A stretch of DNA of 63,773 nt, counting the filler, from Cercozoa sp. M6MM (lineage: Eukaryota; Protista; Endomyxa: Ascetosporea), in the NCBI GenBank assembly GCA_040357565.1. It is 13 parts of 13 records of this genome, joined end to end, with 100 filler letters (N's around TTAATTAATTAA, not from the genome) between each part and the next. Parts side by side here need not be neighbours in the genome. Positions count along the whole stretch, not along the records: positions 26,276 to 30,596 come from JBDODJ010001173.1; positions 30,697 to 36,950 come from JBDODJ010000764.1; positions 37,051 to 40,872 come from JBDODJ010001299.1; 10 more parts are not named here. One strand, written 5' to 3'. How positions within the stretch are numbered: position 1 is the first letter of the stretch; every line of letters starts with the position of its first letter. The position numbers were made by a program, and so were the translations under genes. The notes beneath the pieces were generated by a model. That model did not search any database, was not told the origin of the DNA, and saw nothing but the letters and a program-made list of their open reading frames with translations. Shown here one piece after another: positions 26,548-40,060 of the stretch.

Positions 26548-27920
26548 CTACTCGAGCGGCACGTAGTTGAACTCGGCGGCCGTGTTGCGTCGCGCGCCGA
26601 GTCGGTCGAGTCGCAGCTCCGAGAAGACCTCGGGTACCGGGTCCTTCTCGAGCGTACGCGCCTCCAGGTCGCGGATGCGCTCGCGTCGCGCCTGTCGCAC
26701 CTCGGGTTCGCTGCTGCGCAGGTCGCGGTGCGCCGGCGGATGCAAGAGCTCCTCCTGCGCGCGCTTCTGCCACGGCAACATACGCTCGCGCGCGGCGGCC
26801 ACGGCGCGCTGTCGCAGCTCGGCCGGCAGCACGTGGTTCGGCGATACGAGGTCGTAGTCCATGAAGCGGAGTCGCATCTCGTCGAGCTCGTCGTCCCAGT
26901 CCGAGAGCACGCGGTCGCGCAGCACGTCCTCCTGCAGCGCCTTGTCCGACAACGCGGCCTCGTCGCTGCACTGCAGAGCGGCCTCGTCGGCCTCGAGTGC
27001 GCCGTCGGCGCCCATGTGCACGCCCACGACGCGGCGGCCCTGCAGCAGCTGCTCCTGCAGCAGCGAGTCCAGTGCCTCGGCGTCGCCTACGGCCGACACG
27101 CCCACGGCCGCCATCACGCGGCGCAACTCCTGCTGCTCCTCCTCGCTGAGCGTCGACTGTACAGCACACATGCACATGCACACACAGGAGACAGGGTAGG
27201 GTAGGGTAGGGTAGGGCAGGGCAAGGCAGCCTAAGTTAAGGTAGGGGCACCTCTCGCATCACCGGCGCCTCCAGACGACGCGCAGGCGTGAGCTCACAGG
27301 CCATGCGCAGCAGCTCGACCGGCGAGGCCAGCTGGATGCCCACGGCCGACAGGTCGTCGACCTTGACCTCGCCGGCCACAACGAGCTCGTGCAGGTGCTT
27401 GGTGCTGGCCCACTCGGCCGCCTTGCCGCGGAACACCTCACGCATCCGCGTCGCGAACAATCGCATCTCCTCTGCACACGCACAGGTCGACCAAATACAA
27501 CACCACAGTACATATACATAAAAAATAAATAGTGTAGGTAGATATGCTTGTGGTGAGTGCTACGAGCCAGCAGCTGGCGCGACTTGTCGTCGAGCTGCTG
27601 CGTGGCCGTGTCGAACGTGAGCGCCACGACGCGGCCCTGCTGCGCCGACAGCAGCGGCAGCGTCCAGTCGCCGGAGGACGGCGCCGCCAGCAGCGCCACG
27701 TCGTCGCTCGAGGCGCCCGCGTGGAAGGCGCAGCGCAGCAGATCGCTGTCGTCCAGGTTGGCGTCCGTGGGACGCGCATCGAACTGCGACGACGTGTCCA
27801 ACTCCATGGCGAGGTCTCTCCGCTCGCTCTGCTCTGTCACTGCCCTCGAAATCTGCCAGACACACATACACACACCCACAAGGTAACAGGGTTTAATATG
27901 CAGTCACACTGGGTAGGACT

Positions 27921-27987
<67 letters not shown>

Positions 27988-30556
27988 ATACATGCGAGAC
28001 AACGCGCTCGAACCACTCGGCGCCACTGTCGGGCGACTCGACATCACAGCTCGTTCGTTGCTCAGCAGCAGCGTGCTGCTTGAGCAGTGTGCCGGCGTGG
28101 TGCTCCATCTCGAGCAGTGGCGCACACAGCACCGGGTCCTCGAGCATCTGCAGCGTGCGCTGACACAGCATCACGATGCGATCGGCCACGTCGGCCAGCT
28201 GCAGCGGCACGACACTGTCGCGCACACCGGCAGTGCTGTCGCTGCTGCCATCCAGTGCAGCGGCGGCCTGTCGCGCCACGTCCTGCACGCCGGCGTACTG
28301 CTGCTGCAGCGCGCTCTCGAGAGCGTGCACGCGCTTGAGCACACGCAGCACCTGCTCGAGCGGCATCCACTGCTGTCGCCCGTCGCCACACGAGTTGGCC
28401 AGCATGGCTCGCGCCAGCCAGTGCTGCGGCAGCGACGGCAGGCCGTACTGCTGCGCGCCGAACAGCGCGTGCGCCGACGCCTGATGCAGCACGCTGTCGT
28501 CGCTGAGACCCGTCATACCCTGCGAGAGCGCCGCCGTCTTGCCGCCGCCCAGTGCGCCGACGCGCGCGTCGAACAGCGTCTGCACGGCCACGGCCATGCG
28601 CCAGTCGTCGGCACTCGCCGTCAGCGCCGAGCCGTCGTCCAGCACGAGCTGCACGCGCGTGGTCGCGCTGCCCAGCAGGTCGCGCTGCCGCGAGCGCAGT
28701 CGCCGCACTTGCTGCAGGCGCTTCTCGGCCGCCTCAAACACCTGCGCGTCCAGACAGACAGCATCAGCAATGAGTAATGTAACCCGTCCAGACAAAGCAT
28801 CCCCCAAGAGACAACAGCGCCCAGATACCTGACTGGCAGAGTCGGCGAGCCTCTCGTGCTTAAGCAGGCGGCGCAGCTCGGCCTCATCGTCCCACTGTAG
28901 TGCTGCCGTGTCGGCCTCGGTGGCCACACCAGGCTGCAGCGCTGCCGCGAAGGCGTTCAGCACGAAGCTCAGCGTCAGCGGCGGCGGCAGCAGCGGCTCG
29001 GCGCGCTCCAGACCGCCACCGACGACGACCTCGCGCACCGACGAGCTCAGACGCGGGTCGAACGACTCCAGCACCTGTCGCTCCACGACCGCGCGCTCCT
29101 CGGCGCTCAGCAGCGCCAAACGCGCCTCCAGCGTCAGCAAACGCACCTTGTCGCCGCGCGACAGACGACGCGGCACGCCCTGGTCGAACTCGCGCTCTGT
29201 GCATACACGCACGGATAAATCTTTTGCATCAACATATTAATACATAAACACACAAGTGTATATCTTGAATTGTATATGTTTAAATATATTAAATAGGTAT
29301 ATATAGTCAGCGGTAGATACACACAGAAGGAGAAAGCACCCCAGCCGCCAGCCTCGGCATGCACACCGTCGGCCGCGGCGGCCTTGAGCCAGTCGAGCGC
29401 CGTGTCGACGGTCCGCGCGGCGCGGAGCGTGCGCTCGGCCACGTAGCGCGCGTGCGTGCGCTTGAGGTCGGCGAGCTGCTGCGCCTGGCGGAGGTCGGCG
29501 TAGCCGCTGAGCGGCGCGAGCGGCACATCGTCCAGCTCGGCGGCGCGGTCGATGCAGACGGCTTGCTCGAGTTTCTGCGAGTCCGAGAGACCAATGTGCT
29601 GCACGGCGGCCTTGCTGCCGTCCTGCTCGAGGCCAAAGAGCGACAGGAGCTCGCTGGGCCGCTCGTAGTACAGGTCCAGCACGGCGTTGCCGAGCACGCG
29701 CTGCCACTCGCGCTGCGTGAGCTGCATGGCGCGTCCGGCGTCGCCCTTCTCGCGCAGCGCGGCCGCCTCGGCGTCGTGCTCGATGGCGTCGCTCAGCCGG
29801 TCGGCCAGGAAGACGGCGCGCGGCCAGATCTGCTGCACGCGCTCATCCTCGGGCGACAGGTTGGCGTCGTGCACCGCCATGGCCACGCGCTGCTCCGACG
29901 TCAGTGCCTCGCGCAGCTGCGCGTGCGCGTGCCGCCGCAGTCGGTCGTGCATGGCCTCGCCGACGCTGCGGTCCAGCAGGCCCTCCTGCTGCTGCACCAG
30001 GTCCACCATGTGCTTCTTGTGCACGCGCGCCGCCACGTACTGCAGGTCCTCGTAGCGCGCCGCGCGCGACGTCAGGAACTGCCAGTCGCGCTGCAGTGCG
30101 TTGCGCAGCACCTGCGCCGACTCCTCCGGCGAGATGCTGCACACACATACGTACACATGTACAGATACATGTATAGATACATCTATACATTTATATATAT
30201 ATATATATATATACATGTATCTATACAGTCAGGTGTACCTCTGCTCACGCTCGGACGGCGACATCGGCTTGAACTTGAAGTACTCGCTGTCACTCTTGTA
30301 CACCGTGTCCCAGGTGCGGTCCATGAAGCCTGTATGTGCGCATGATGCATGTATGTATGTACGGCAGGAAGGAAGGGAGGAAGGACAAGGACGCACCGTT
30401 CTGCGGCAGACCGAGCGGCAGCGGCGACGTGTCGCGCAGGAACTCCTCCGTGATCATTGTGTGCGCCTCGTTGCTCCACATGGCGCGGTCGCTCTCGAAC
30501 ACGGCGCGGCGCACCTGATCACGCTTGCCCTTGCGCTGCGCGTTCGCCAGCGCTCT
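26548..30556 (-). CDS. Large helical orphan protein (about 1000 aa visible), 5'-truncated
   Basis: Long GC-rich exons in ORFs 26548-27183, 27236-27466, 27259-27879, 27893-29212, 29134-30216 and 30290-30514, separated by short GT-AG introns; Ala/Leu/Arg/Gln/Asp-rich; no domain recognised. Confidence 0.8.
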
Positions 30557-30827
30557 GTGTACACCGGGGGGGGGGGGGGGGAAAGGGGGGAAAAAANNNN
30601 NNNNNNNNNNNNNNNNNNNNNNNNNNNNNNNNNNNNNNNNTTAATTAATTAANNNNNNNNNNNNNNNNNNNNNNNNNNNNNNNNNNNNNNNNNNNNGTGT
30701 GTGTGTGTGTGTGTGTGTGTGCGTGTGTGTGTGTGTGTGTCACCATGAGTGTGTTGTGTTGTGTGTATCTATGGTCTGTCTGGTATCTAATGCGTACTGC
30801 TGCTCAGAGCAAGACAGCTCGCCTGTC

Positions 30828-31098
30828 GTTGAGCAGGCAGAGGCAGCATCCTCGCATTCGTTTGCGTCTGCTGTTCAGGTGGCTTGTGCTTTGTCCGGCA
30901 TTGTGTGTGTGTGTGTGTGTGTGTGCTGTGAAGGTATGTGGGTGTAATGCACAGACGTACTGGAGTCGGCGTGCGAGCTTGAGATTGGCGCACTCGGTGG
31001 TGCGAGTGCTAAGCGCGCCGTTGCTTTTGACTGGATCGCCTGCGTGCGACGACGAGAGCAAGCGGGTGCCCAGACCATTTCGTCTGACACTGCACTAG
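30828..31098 (+). CDS. 3' exons of a hypothetical gene
   Basis: EQDSSPVVEQAEAASSHSFASAVQ|TYWSRRASLRL...PRPFRLTLH* between GT-repeat introns. Confidence 0.3.
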
Positions 31099-33124
31099 TC
31101 CAGTACACCGACGGCACACGTGCATGCACATACAACTGCGCATGCAGTGCGCCGTGAGGAGGGCGTTCCCTCTGGCTGCGATACACGCCATGCCCGTGTG
31201 TGTGTGTGAGTCTCATGACACACCGGCCGGGTTGTGGATGGCGTGTGTCGCACCAAGGAACACTCCAAGGTGTGTGTGTGTGTGTGTGTGTGTGCGTGTG
31301 CCTGTGCCTGTGCGTGTATACGTGCACTGCCCGGCTTTCGGAGTTCCAGCTCGCTGCAGCCATATCGCTCACGTGGTATTCTACTGTAGATTATGCTGCA
31401 GCGGTTGCATGAAGGCAGCCGGCATATGCTTGACTATGCTCGTACAGACTTTGTTTAGCTCGCTCATACTCGCACGCGCACACGCACACACGCGCACGCT
31501 CACGCACTCACACGCACACACGCACACACGCAAACGAACACATACACACGCAGACGCATACAGACATACTCACACGCACACGCACATGCACACACACGCG
31601 CGCACATACACGCACACACACGCACGCATACACACGGACAAGCACACACACGCGCGCTCACACCAGTACACGTGTGTGGTAGCAGATGCACTCAACGCTC
31701 AAAAACTGACGAGCCGCTTGCCATGACATTCGCAGTTAAAACAGGAAAAAAATAACAGAGAAAACGTGTGCCGTGCGACGAACACCACGACACACTCTAC
31801 AGTAGCTCGCTCTTTTTCAAAGTGCGCTGCTCTGCTGTGTGCCAACATGAATGTCCTGTGAATTAGTCCAGCCAGACAGAAAGACATACCTTGAAGGTAA
31901 CGCAGGACAAGGCGGGGGCAAGATTACAAAGATCGGAAAAGGCAAGAGACCAAGGAGACTGCGCGCAGGTGGCGCTGCTACACGTGCTGGCGCTCGCCTT
32001 TCTGGCCACTCCTTAACGACGCCGGTGCTTTGTGCTTCACTGCATTGCAGTCTTATATGTACGCTTGTACCTCGCGTTCATCACTTGCGCAAATATGACC
32101 GATTAATGGAGAATGCACGTGCGCTTTTGTTCAGGCGACGAACCTTTGAGATGCCCCATGTCGCCACATCAAACCAACTACAAGGTACTGTCTATTTTGT
32201 GGTCTGTGTGTGTGTGCGGCACAAAGTGTGTCTATGTATACAGCACTTGAGCTCCTCGCGCGAGCCGCTTAGGGACGGGAGTTCGGCAGTGGGTGTGTGT
32301 GTGTGTGTGTGTGTGTGCACTCCCTCTGCCTGCTGTCGCATCCTGCCGCCTCATCTCGCCTTCGCTCTCGTGTTGAGAGAGCAAGGCTGGGGTGTGGCGG
32401 TTGTTGGTGGGTGCGCCAGTGACACGGGGTGCCGCCCAACACAACACCCCGCCATGAAATCGTCTGCATGCTCTTGTCATGACGGACAACCCAATGTTGC
32501 GCCACAGAGTAGTCATGCAAAGTAAACTTAGATGTGCGCACCGAACAACAGGACTGGCTACGCGACAGTGAACTTACTGTCAGTTGCTCATCGCGTCCTG
32601 TAGCCAATATACTATACCAAGCTCATTTTGTCGTATCACTAAAATTTACAGTCTGCAGTCGGCAGTGCAGTACGAGTGCGACATTTGTGCTGTACGCGCA
32701 TGAATGACCGTTCGGAATGAACTAATGGCCGCCCCGGGCTGAACTCTACAGTTACTGAACTCTACAGTTACTGCTCGGTATCAATCAACCTTAGTCAGCT
32801 CACGGCTTAAAATCAAAGCGAATGGGTGCCGTATCGTCGCATCAGCGCTCGGCTGCATCAAAGTGCTCAAACAGTGGAATAACGACGATATACACATGTA
32901 CACGGGAAGGCCGGTGGCAAGTCAGTGCAGACCTTGAGTGTCCGACTCGGACCGAGCACGAGCTCCTTCGGACTACGAGCACGTGCTATTTCGGATTCAT
33001 GGCACGTGCTGACTCGGACCAACGACGAACCCTGAGCTGGAAAAATCAACCGAACGCAGCTCTAGCGCGACTTGTGACTGACCGCGCTGTCGACAAAAGA
33101 ACCGAGACTCCCCAAATCCGTCAA

Positions 33125-33896
33125 ATGAAGTTGTTTGCCCTTGCCATCACATGTCTGGCTTTGTTGGGAGGCTGTCTGGCCAGTCCGCCTGATGACACCA
33201 CCGATGCCTCTAGTACCGCCAGTGCAGACGCCTCTGGCAGCACGCCAATCCCGCCGGCAACTCACTCCCGCGACTCTAGCGCTGCGCGGACGGAGCAGGA
33301 GGACCCCGAGGCCGTCCGACTGCGCCTGTTCCACCAAGCACGGAAGACAGAAGCCTTGCAAATATCGATGAACGCAGTTGGCAGTTCTATCCACCTCTCT
33401 GTGACACCTCCAGACGACCCCAAGGTTTGAAAGTTATGATGAGTTCAACGATCACCTTTCCTTGAGTCCATACCCCGTCTGTTCAATTTAGTTGGCGCGT
33501 ATGGTGGACTGGCTGCCGGTATACCTCAAGCGCCTTGTGGCTTGCAACATTCGTTTTAATTCGGAGCGTGCGGTTAATCCTGCAGAATCGGTAAATTCTG
33601 TCTGCGAGTCTGAGTAAATGGATGAACCACGGACCTGAAGTCCATAAGCGGTGGAACTGTTTTCACTTGTTGTTGGTGCTCAGAATGCGCTTGTTGACGA
33701 GGTGGTTGCTCGTGCGATACAGGAGGCCCGGGTGCCGTCAGAGTTCCACGCGGAGGCGAAATATGTGGCCACTATCTACGGCCAGCAACTGTGCGAGGAC
33801 CTGCGTCGTCGCTCCTGCGACGTGAATGCGAGCTTCGAACCCAATTCGATCGATTCCTTCCTCGGCTTCCTGTGGGGCAGCGGGCCTGGTGAGTGA
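33125..33896 (+). CDS. Predicted secreted orphan protein
   Basis: Signal peptide MKLFALAITCLALLGGCLA, Ser/Thr/Asp/Pro linker, then helical exons (LARMVDWLPVYLKRLV; VELFSLVVGAQNALVDEVVARAIQE...GSGPGE*). Confidence 0.6.
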
Positions 33897-34255
33897 GACA
33901 GAGAAGCTTCGAGCGTTCCTTGGTCGAAGTCGCTGTCTCGATAAGTCGAGTAAATCGAGTACAGAATGACTGACAGGGGAGCAACTGTACAATAAATACA
34001 CTGAACTACATCAGCATTAAAGTTAGATACAGAGACACACAGACTAACACAGTCTGACACGAGCATAGATAATTAGTCTGCACGTGCTTGCCTCTTGGGG
34101 CAACTCACTCCACAACACAAGAGTCGTCCGCCGCCCGCCCGGCTAACAATGTGCTACGTCGGCGCTTGGACGCCGACTTCCAGACGACGTCGTGCCGTGT
34201 GCCGTCGTCGTCGTCTTCGCGATCCTCTGCGTCGACATCGTACCCCAATGACGCA

Positions 34256-34320
34256 CGTTTGACAGCTTCGTATCGCCAAGCTTCAACGCAACTTAGAAGA
34301 CTGAACTAACTAAGTAACTA
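34256..34320 (-). repeat. Dispersed repeat family C, copy 1
   Basis: 34256-34288 matches the reverse complement of 63107-63139 at 31/33 nt; 34295-34311 matches the reverse complement of 61145-61161 at 16/17 nt. Confidence 0.85.
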
Positions 34321-34411
34321 TATTTCAAGTTAAATCCGGGTTCCACAATCCGTAGTAGTTACTAGATCTGTCTCTCGAGGGACCGAGAGACTCGGGGGAA
34401 AACAGAAAAGC

Positions 34412-34965
34412 TCACTGGCGTCCCTGCAGCACATGCTGCGCGAGTTGCTGCTCGTCGTGACACGCCAGGCGCAGTCGATCGCCGCTGCAGGGCGCACGAC
34501 CCACGACAGGCAGTCCCAGCATGTTGGACACGCCCAGCGGCGCCTCGGCTTCCGGCGACTCGTGCGGCAACATTGCGGGCGTTTCCTACCCAGGGGGGGG
34601 GGGGCAAAGACCCCCCCCGGGGGCGGGGTAAAGCACGCACCGGCTGCGTGGCAGCGACGGCGTCCATGAGCGCAAAGTAGACGGCGCTGCCCAAGAAGAG
34701 CGGCGGCTCGCCCACCTGGACAGGGGTGGGGGTCAAGGGTGGAGGGGGGTAGAGGTAAAACAACAAGATACAGCCTTGCTGCCGTGCACGGCCCGCGGGT
34801 TGTCCGAGTCGCGCAGCAGGTGCACATCTGCTCAACACATTTACACACATGAATCATATATGTATACATGTATATGTATAAGTAATGCATAAATAACATA
34901 TATATATATAAGAATGTATCATATATATATAAATACATAATGTATAAATAATGCATAAATAATAA

Positions 34966-35019
<54 letters not shown>

Positions 35020-36950
35020 ATAGACAGGCTACTAGTGTGCACAGGCACGTCGTTCGTACTGGGCAGTTTGTAGGCACCCTGCAAGAGGTAAGGTAAGAGG
35101 TAGGGAGGTAAGGGGTAGGGAGGTAAGGGGCGGGATGTCCTCCTACCGGACCGCGCGTCAGCATGAAGCCCGGTGGCAGCCAGTGATCTGATCAGTCACA
35201 TGGTCACATGGTCACGTGTAGGTGGTCACATGATCACGTGGGTCACATGGGTCTACCATTCTGTCCGACCACGTGCTGCTCCAGCGCGAAGAGACCGAGG
35301 CCCTGCGCGAAGGCGCCCTCGATCTGACCAATGTCGATCGTCGGATTCAGCTGTCCAAATGTACCACGTAGCCAGGTACAATCGTACCTCCACCCCTCCA
35401 GTCCATGTGGACCATCCATGCGGACCAGGTGGATGCACTTTAATTAAAGGGGCAAGTCAGGAGATACCGAACGACCCAGGTCCATAAGCAGATCGGCGCG
35501 CACGCAGCGCCAGTCGCCCGTCAGCTGGACACACGGAGGGGGGAATAAGGGGGTAGGGGGTAGGGGGTAGGGGGGGGGTAAAGATCAGGCACCACATCGA
35601 GTTCGACTTCGACCACCGCAGCACCGTTGGTGTACTACTCAGAGGGGGGTAAAAGGGAGGTATGACAGGTAGGGGCATAGCTACGTAGTTAAAGACGCGT
35701 CCAGTGCCGCGCGAGCGTGTCTTGCCCTGTCCCAGTCCAGTACAGTACAGTCCAGTCCAGTCCACATAGTCTAGAAACACCCCCTTAACAAAGAGGAAGT
35801 ACACTGGGCAGAGTCTCCTGCTGCGACCAGTCGAAATCCAAATCCGGCGTGTAGTCTGCGTCGCCCCCCAACAAAATAAAGATCAGTCACACCCCCTTAA
35901 CAGTACACCCCCTTAACAGTACACCCCTTTGTAGACCCCTTAGACACCCCCTTAATACAAAAGTATAGAGGTGTACAGAAGGCCTGAGCACTCAGGTTCG
36001 TGCACGACATGTAGGCCTACTCACACACACACACACCTTCAGTACCACAGACAAGCCTGTTTATGTGTGTCGACCTTTGACACGGCCGCGCGGAAGGCCT
36101 CCAGCGGCGTCGCATTCGGTCTCTCCGCGCGCACCTGCACAAATACCACAAAGCTATCCCAGGTAGCTTCGAAAGCTTCGAACGCTTCGGAAGCTCTGAA
36201 AGTTTCGAAAGCTCAAGCAAAGCAAAGCAGAGACGCACCTCTTTGCGGAACGGCGCCAGTCGCTGCTGCAGCTTGCGACACGCGCCTGCGCAAACACACG
36301 TTTCACTTCACGCTTCCACTTCGAAACCGAGCGAAACGCACAGAAAAGCTTCCAAACAAAGCGAAAGAATCTTGAAACAAAGCGAAAGAAACTCGAAACA
36401 AAGCGAAAGCAATTTGAAACAAAGCGAAACAAAAAGTACGCAGCGTGGCGGCGCCGTAGAGATCCGAGGACGCCGACGCCGCCGTCGCACTCGCGTTCGG
36501 CACCTTGTCGGTTGCGGTCTCCGTGATCAGCACGTTGTCTGCTCACATCCGCGCGGACACTCACCCCAATCAGTCAGTCAGTCAGTCGGTCAGTAGTCAA
36601 ACAGCCTCGTTGCTTACCAATGGGAACCTCGAGTTCCGTGGCGGCGATCTGCGTCAGTTTCGTGTGCAGTCCCTGACCCATCTCGACACCGCCGTGCGAC
36701 ACCTATCTCGAGGGGGGGGGGATTAAGAGGCAGGGTGGTAGGGGGTAAGACTTACCAGAACAGAACCGTCCAGGTAGATGTGCACCAACGCACCGGCTTG
36801 GTTGAGGAACTACACCCCGGGTAAGAGGAGAGGGGAGGGGGAGGGGACAAAGGTTACCCGCAGTCCAAAAGCGATGCCATAACACGTCGGCACCAGCGCC
36901 AGACCTCTCTGTATTTAAGGGGGTGTAAAGGGGAGGGGGGTAAGAAGGGG
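34412..36950 (-). CDS. XDH: Xanthine dehydrogenase/oxidase, molybdopterin-binding C-terminal part
   Basis: [100 protein letters not shown] (catalytic Glu). Aldehyde oxidase not excluded. Confidence 0.93.
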
Positions 36951-37050
36951 NNNNNNNNNNNNNNNNNNNNNNNNNNNNNNNNNNNNNNNNNNNNTTAATT
37001 AATTAANNNNNNNNNNNNNNNNNNNNNNNNNNNNNNNNNNNNNNNNNNNN

Positions 37051-37515
37051 GGGGGGGGGGGGTAAATGCCTACCACTGCCACGGCATGTTCTCCTTGCGC
37101 AACCGGGCATACCGACCTTCCACCTCTGTCCGCGCAAACGGTTTCATTGTATTTTCCGAAAACAAGAAAGAAACGCTCTTGCAAGAACCTACCTTCGCCA
37201 TGCTGCCACGCGTGCAGCTGGAGTGCCACGAAGGGCGCCAGTGCCCAGCCGGCAAACAACAAGCCGCCACCCACTACACAAACACACAACAGTCAGAGCT
37301 ACCCTTCCCTTCCCTCTTGCTACACAAGAACACAAACCCACCCGCCATGTGTCGGTACACATTCCTGCCGAACACGACCTTCAGCAGCGACTCATTCGGC
37401 GCCTTTGTGCTGTTTTGCGCTGCACAAATGCAACATTTCTATATTTTGATTGGAGAAACGCAACAAATCTTGCGCTAAATAAAGCATTGGCACCTCCTGC
37501 CGCGGCCTCACTCAT
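37051..37515 (-). CDS. Probable cytochrome c oxidase subunit 6A-like protein, 3'-truncated
   Basis: Spliced MSEAAAG...RNVYRHMAVGGGLLFAGWALAPFVALQLHAWQHGEEVEGRYARLRKENMPWQW: one TM helix, a His/Glu patch, then a Y..LRK..PW segment resembling COX6A (Y..LRIRTKPFPW). Confidence 0.45.
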
Positions 37516-37656
37516 TTCGAGTCGTCGATGCGCCGCTCCGGTGCATCCAAAGCCGTCAGAAACTCTTACGACTCGATAAAATTATTGGCTCATTCCGGAG
37601 CCGACAGCGTTTCATTTCGTCGTTTTGTCTTGTGTGTTACCGCGCGTGCACTCGGA

Positions 37657-38418
37657 CTAAGAAAAACGCGCCAGCAGAGTTAATTTGTGTCTGTTCTCTG
37701 CACCAATATCTTTATTTAGTGCTGCACGAATGTCTAGACTAACAACGGGTTTGCTGCTGGGAGCTGCAGGTACAGATCCAGTCCTTAATAGAGATACCAT
37801 CGTGTTTCGTTGAGTCACTATATTATCAGCACTCACAAGGTCAACCGATGCATCACCGCAAGCAGTTAGTTCAAAATACACCTAGTGCACTGCAATTGGT
37901 TTTCACTTGAGATAGATTGTGATTTTGCAGCCACCGGTCGTAGTCCCGGCTGCGCAGCCAGTGGAGGTTGCGGAAGTACCCCCCGCTGAACAGCCAGTCG
38001 CAGTGGTGCCTGCTGAGGCTGCTGTTCCTGTCGCTGTTCCGCCGCCAGAGGGACCAGTACATCCAGTCTTCATTCCCTACAGTTTACGTACCTGACCCGG
38101 CCTTTTTGAGTTTGGCAGTTGCCGCCAGAGGCACAAGCGGCGTTGGCTGCCCAGCCACCAGTTGTACGAGCTCCCCTGTTTTGTTTCACTGTGTCGAATA
38201 AGGTAATGCAAGTGCACGCGGCCTGAGTGCAGGTAAACGCAGAACCCGCACCGCCACCGGCACAACCGTCAGGGAGACGCTGCATGATACTGTGATAGCG
38301 ATTTTGAAACTAGGATCCACACCCAGATGTACAGTCAGTGTCGCCGTCATTTCAAGACATACGACGAAAAGACGTGACAAATAACAAAAACAATCAGAGC
38401 CACGACTGCTGCACACAT
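37657..38418 (-). pseudogene. Secreted Cys/Gly/Thr/Ala-repeat protein, apparently disrupted
   Basis: Signal-like MCAAVVALIVFVICHVFS; repeats GCAGGG, ACASGG, GCSAGG, GCAAGT; a frame change near 38080-38095 and two in-frame stops before VYFELTACGD...LLARFS*. Confidence 0.5.
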
Positions 38419-38588
38419 TGCACTTTTAAGTTCTTTGCAGGAAATAAATTACACTCAAGTGCACAGGTGCGGGCCATAAACCGCAATTTACATTTCCTTA
38501 AAAGCCAAGAGCCAGGCGGGTTTTCGACGGTTCCGGTGGGTTCCGTTGTTGTTGATTTGACGTGCCTATTCGGCTTATCAGAGAGAAG

Positions 38589-40022
38589 ATGGACCTGCTA
38601 GACGGCGGTGGTCACCACTGTAACGATCTGCGCGGCTTTTACTACGCTGTTGGTACAGTTGTATTTGTGATTATTATTTCCCTTGGTTTGCACGAGTAAC
38701 TCGAAATGCGCGACTTGTGTGCAGGTAACCATGCCGTGCCGATCACGATGCTAGAGAGTGACACCACCGACGTGGCGCTGCTGGCGTCGGGCGATGTGCG
38801 AAACCTGCTACGAGCGGTGGTACTGTACCCCCAGCCCTGTGTCACCATTTGTCTATACAGCACACTTCACTGTACCTGGTGTGCAGGAAGAATGTGCCAC
38901 CCGGGACAACACGAAGGAGCTGAACGTGCTGATGAATGACATCAGTGTTAGTGTGACGGCGCGCAATATTGCCTTGCTGGCACTGATCCATCGGTGCTAC
39001 CGGCAGAGTGTCGAGGCAGGCAAGAACACCGACGAAGCTCTGCGTGTGGCTTCGGGTGCCTTCTTCTCGGTGCAGTTCGAGCTGCTCCTGTACGCTGGCC
39101 TACTGAGGACTCTTTTATAGTAAGTAGTACACGCTGCAGTCGATGTTAGAGCATGTGGGCAGGTGCAAACAGCACTCGCAGTGGCTGGACGACACGCTGC
39201 GCGAACTGATCGAGGCTACTTCGCTGTCACACGTGCTGCCCTTCGTGTCGCTTGTTGATGATGCCGTTCTGCCCAAAGTACCCTGTCTTGCAGTTGGTAC
39301 TACTTCGTATCAATTGGTACCACTTGTCATATGCAGCTCAAGACGGTGTGGTCGGCGTGGCTGCACCGTCGCATCAATGACTGGGAGATTCCGCGCACCT
39401 ACTCGCGTCGCTTCTTGCAGGTACAGTACTCTGGACAGTACTATCAGTACCTCTGGTCAACGGACAACCTTGTGTTACCGACTGGACAGGTGCGCCAGCG
39501 CGGCTTGCAGGCGCAGATGATTGGCGCGGGCTCGATGATAGACGGTAATATCTCGGCCGCACAGATGACCGATCTGCGTCGCCGTCGCCAGGAGTGCTTC
39601 AAGAAGTACGGCATTCTCTCCATATTGACGTTTAATTTATGTCTAATGTGTATGTGGGTAGGTGTCTGTGGGTATATGTGGGGATGTGTATGTGTACATG
39701 TGTGTGTATATGTGCAGTGTGTGTATGTATATGAGCATGTGTAGTACGTGTAGTGTGTGTACATGTTATGTGTATGTGCATGTGTATATGTGCATGTATA
39801 CGTTTATGTGTATATGTGTATGGTATACGTGATGTGTATACGTATATGTGTAGATGTGTATGTGTATATGTGTATGTGTATATGTGTATGTGTATATGTG
39901 TATGTGTACATGTGTATGTGTACATGTGTATGTGTATATGTGTATGTGTATATGTGTATGTCTGTGTGTATGTGTATATTTGTATGTGTATATGTGTGTG
40001 TGTATGTGTATGTGTAGATGTG

Positions 40023-40060
<38 letters not shown>

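Noticed and set aside
36352-36430. CRISPR-like spaced repeats (GAAACAAAGCGAAAG x4; also the 28-bp direct repeat at 42366-42441)
   Set aside because: Spacers are too short and similar, or there are only two copies; eukaryotic minisatellites with no cas genes.
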